The position numbers and the translations under genes were made by a program. A DNA stretch of 64,000 nucleotides from assembly GCA_964252035.1 (NCBI GenBank), contig OZ176204.1; one strand, given 5' to 3'. The notes below the pieces were generated by a model. That model was not told where the DNA came from and made no database searches. It worked only from the letters and a program-made list of their open reading frames with translations. Positions 60,766 to 64,000 of the stretch are shown piece after piece. The number at the start of each line of letters is the position of its first letter. Position 1 is the first letter of the stretch. Source of the stretch: Podarcis erhardii. Lineage: Eukaryota.

Positions 60766-60889
60766 CATCTACTCCTTGTTGCTTGCGTTCGATTGTCCGC
60801 TTGTACTCTTCCAGTTCCTTTTCAGTGAGATGACTGAATGGGTTGGGAGGGGCTGGTGGGGCATGCTCATCTTCTTCAAACTGCATTGG
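60766..60889 (-). CDS. ADD3: ADD3 internal coding exon
   Basis: [41 protein letters not shown] plus G; acceptor ttcttccag|, donor ATG|GTGAGT; 124 nt, phase 0/1. Confidence 0.95.
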
Positions 60890-61033
60890 CTGGAAGAAAA
60901 AAATAAAATAAAGGGAAGAAAGGCAATACAAAAAACAAGCACATTAAACAATTACAAATGAGCCTATTGCTGTTGATAGGATCCTTCAAAGTAAGAATCT
61001 GAAAGGGGTGCAGCATTTTCAAAAACCATCAGC

Positions 61034-61172
61034 AGAACATAGAATTGTAAGTTGGAAGGGACCACGAGGGTCGTCTAGTCCAACTCTCTGCAATGCAGGA
61101 ATATTTTGCCCAACATGGGGCTCGAACCCATGGCCCTGAGATCAAGAGTCTCACACTCTACCAACTGAGCTA
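61034..61172 (-). mobile_element. tRNA-Lys(CTT)-derived SINE with a CR1-like 3' tail
   Basis: Minus strand TAGCTCAGTTGGTAGAGTGTGAGACTCTTGATCTCAGGGCCATGGGTTCGAGCCCCATGTTGGGC followed by the CR1-type end ...GTCCCTTCCAACTTACAATTCTATG. Confidence 0.8.
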
Positions 61173-61314
61173 CTGTATTTTTCTGTGTATAAGACTAGGG
61201 TTCCCCCCTAAAAAAATAATGTCAAAAATTTGGGGGTGTCTTATACATCTCCCCCCATTTTCTTAAAACGGAGTCCCCAAAATTAGGGGGCATCTTATAG
61301 ACAAAAATATACGG
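61173..61314 (-). mobile_element. Tc2/pogo-type MITE (family of 44074)
   Basis: TIRs CTGTATTTTTCTGTGTATAAGAC...ATCTTATAGACAAAAATATACGG, TA duplication. Confidence 0.8.
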
Positions 61315-61684
61315 TAATTGCTTCAATTACTAGGTTAGTGAACTTACAGAAATGGTCTTTAATCAATACCAGGTTTTAGTCAAAACAAACTTTAAAGACG
61401 GCCAGTGTTGTTTTTTAAAGAATCCTACAAATTCCATAGCAGTTGTGCACCTGATCTCATAATACATGTATGTATTATAGTTAAGATGAAAACAGGGGAA
61501 CAATCCTATCTTCAGTGAAAAATCACATAACATAAATTATTGCTTCTCTAAAAACTCTTTACAAATATTTTAAATAGGACTCATGGCTTTAAAACCTGCT
61601 TCTACTTTGTATGAAGAGTATTACAAAAGCAAGGAGAGAATCATATAAAATGTGGTGTGACTAAATGCTGAACATGCTTTAGAT

Positions 61685-61820
61685 CAGGCTTCCTCAACCT
61701 CAGCCCTCCAGATGTTTTTGGCCTACAACTCCCATGATCCCTAGCTAGCAGGACCAGTGGTCAGGGATGATGGGAATTGTAGTCTCAAAACATCTGGAGG
61801 GCCAAGGTTGAGAAAGCCTG
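61685..61820. mobile_element. Palindromic hAT MITE, family H1, in an ADD3 intron
   Basis: TIRs CAGGCTTCCTCAACCT...AGGTTGAGAAAGCCTG; 8-bp TSD CTTTAGAT. Confidence 0.9.
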
Positions 61821-61864
61821 CTTTAGATGTTATATGCTTAACTCAGACAATGGGTAACACTTAC

Positions 61865-61954
61865 AGCACTGGGCTTTTTATCCACTACAATTCCAGCAAG
61901 CAACTGAGACTGTGGACCTGCAGTTTTTAAGTCATACCGATTTTGCTCCCGAAT
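61865..61954 (-). CDS. ADD3: ADD3 internal coding exon
   Basis: [30 protein letters not shown] (adducin neck/tail motif); acceptor ccttccag|, donor GCT|GTAAGT; 90 nt, phase 0/0. Confidence 0.93.
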
Positions 61955-63403
61955 CTGGAAGGGGGAAAAGCAGAAGGGTTTTGAAAAGCCTTTTCACAAA
62001 CACACTGAAGTATCAGGAATCTCAAACTTCATATGGGTCACAGAAAACAAATACTATAGTTAATCTAGTACTTTACTGTTATTTGTTTTCATTCTAGTCA
62101 ATCTGCTCTAAAATGGTTACAAAGTCATTTTAGAAAATGACAATGTCAAGTGTATTTACATTTTTGCTTCAACACACATGAAATATTATCTATATCCAAA
62201 TTGTATGCCATTATTAACCTGGTGTTTTAGTCTTCCTTTCCACATACAGTAGTTAGATTTAGGAATCAAGAGTAGCAAGTTTGATTAAAAAGCAGGGAGT
62301 GCTCAGGAAATACATATACATTTACAGCGTTGAATTTTCTCTTAGCTGGAAAATTATCAGTCTGCTCTTCTTTAGTTCCAGAATATCTACTATGACCCAG
62401 CTTCAACGTCAAGCCTCAGCACTGCTGTAGTCTAACGTTATTTCTCCTCCTTTGTGAACTGCAATGCTGCTGATTATGTTGTCAGTAGAGTACGTGTAAA
62501 TCGAGATAGAACCTCTGTAATGATTCTCTATCTCCTGTTGCACCAAGCTGCACTGACAATACAGCTCCACAGTGCACAACTAGGGACACAATGAAAGTTA
62601 ACTGAAACATAGCTTCCCACTTTGACACTCCTCTACCTCAAGTTTGCCAGAGAAAGTTGCATGCCTAGAACAGATAATTCTTTTCTAAGCCAATGTCTGA
62701 GTGACACTGCCATACTGATCTTTTCCAAGAAAGAGTGATCTCTTCTGAACTAAGTTGACTTGCTCAAGATAGTGGCAAACTCTTTTGATTACAAGCAGAT
62801 GTGAAGTAAGAAATTCCCAGAACTTCTGCACGAAACATTTTGTATCTGGCAGGACAATAATTTCCCAGGGTGGAGCTTAAATGAGTATGAAAATAGAAAA
62901 ATGAATTGGGGAGTGAAAGCAGCCAATAGTCTGCATTTACAAAGAGCCTCTTGTCATTATTCCTCATTGCCATTGTTAAATACATTGGCTCACTGGGAAA
63001 CAAGCAGGCAGAAGAGCGTGAGGTTTCTGGCTACCACAGCAGGCTATTTCTTGTGGAAACAGCTAGCTCTTTCTAAAAACTAAAAAAGAAGGAATCTCCA
63101 AAATAGTGTAATGTTAAAAATAGCACAGAAGAAAATTCCATCTTAAACATTTTTCTTCTGATCAAAATATGGTTTTCAATGAGAATTTAAAAGCAATTTT
63201 TCAGAACCAAACTAAGGACAATTTTAGCAAGTTCTTGTTGCACTTAAAGCTACTTTTAAGCTACCAGTAATATTGTATTATATTTTAGATGTTACTGAAC
63301 AGTTTTTAATGCTTCTCAAACAAGCGGAGTAAGTTAGGTACTGATTATTTTCAAGAAGCAAATAAGCTTATGTCTTCAAGAAACCTGCCTTGCCTTGCCT
63401 TAC

Positions 63404-63523
63404 CTTATTCCTCTTTTCCAGTACATCACTTGGATTTGTATTCATCGGAACAAACTGGTTTGGATCTTCAATTTTGATTGGAGTTCCTCCACTAAGCTTA
63501 GATGAATCTTCAGCTTTTATCCA
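63404..63523 (-). CDS. ADD3: ADD3 (gamma-adducin) internal coding exon
   Basis: [40 protein letters not shown]; acceptor tttccaag|, donor AAG|GTAAGG; 120 nt, phase 0/0. Confidence 0.93.
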
Positions 63524-64000
63524 CTTGGAAAGAAAAATAAAAATAAAGAAGAATGTTATTGGAAGCGAGGATATTGCAATTTAGTAGCTGGTAAAGGCTA
63601 GGGGACATTTCAGGACAATGGGGTTTATATTAAATTATCCAAGTGACCTAATAATAATACATTGCCATGCCACTTAGCTTTTCAGTATATCATTTCATAA
63701 GGATATTAATATGTGTAATGATCCTTTAGCTTGAATAGAATTTAGGTATTTTTAATTAAGTACCTGAAAAGGACCGACATTTGAATACTGACGTAGCAAG
63801 GATACTTGCTACAGTACTTCCACTGCCAAAAATACTATGATGAAGGTCTGAACATCCACTGTGTTTCTTAATTACCTGGATAACTATCCCTCCTAACTAG
63901 GTATTTTTATCGTTCCTTTCAAGCAGGACTTCTCATAATGAAAATTGCTGATAGATAGAAACTACAAGGCATTGTTGCATTTGTTAAGCCACCACTGGGT

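Noticed and set aside
61100-61172. tRNA-Lys(CTT) gene
   Set aside because: 5' acceptor stem missing, several substitutions, and fused to a CR1-like tail: a SINE, not a tRNA gene.
1-64000. CRISPR arrays, rRNA, snRNA/snoRNA or autonomous transposase genes
   Set aside because: No repeat-spacer arrays or recognisable RNA genes were seen, and all DNA transposons here are non-autonomous.

Overview
Vertebrate genomic DNA, most likely a squamate (lacertid-type lizard, inferred from Sauria SINEs plus CR1/BovB/L2/Penelope content). Two protein-coding genes lie on the minus strand in the conserved order ADD3 -> MXI1. Right end: the last five coding exons of gamma-adducin (ADD3), including the 96-nt cassette exon, and a probable ~2.7 kb 3'UTR. 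Left part: the 5' half of MXI1, with two alternative SID-encoding first exons (17662-17905 and 878-950) and the shared exon at 309-441; the bHLH-Zip exons lie beyond the left edge. A motif-rich third promoter sits at ~14.6-14.8 kb. The ~38 kb intergenic region and the introns are filled with transposons: two near-identical inverted CR1 copies, L1, L2, BovB, SINEs, many hAT and Tc1/mariner MITEs with TSDs, a probable solo LTR, and Penelope-like elements. There is one 160-N gap. I found no clearly new gene system. The most unusual signals are (i) a nest of Penelope remnants with hammerhead-ribozyme-like motifs and a perfect 83-bp palindrome between (TA)n arrays, plus minimal footprints of the same families elsewhere, (ii) a MITE-borne 29-bp-stem hairpin in the probable ADD3 3'UTR, (iii) MITEs carrying promoter-type motifs, (iv) the internal MXI1 promoter, and (v) QKI and FOXO motif clusters. 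Coordinates were counted by hand and repeat-family names come from recognition, not database searches.
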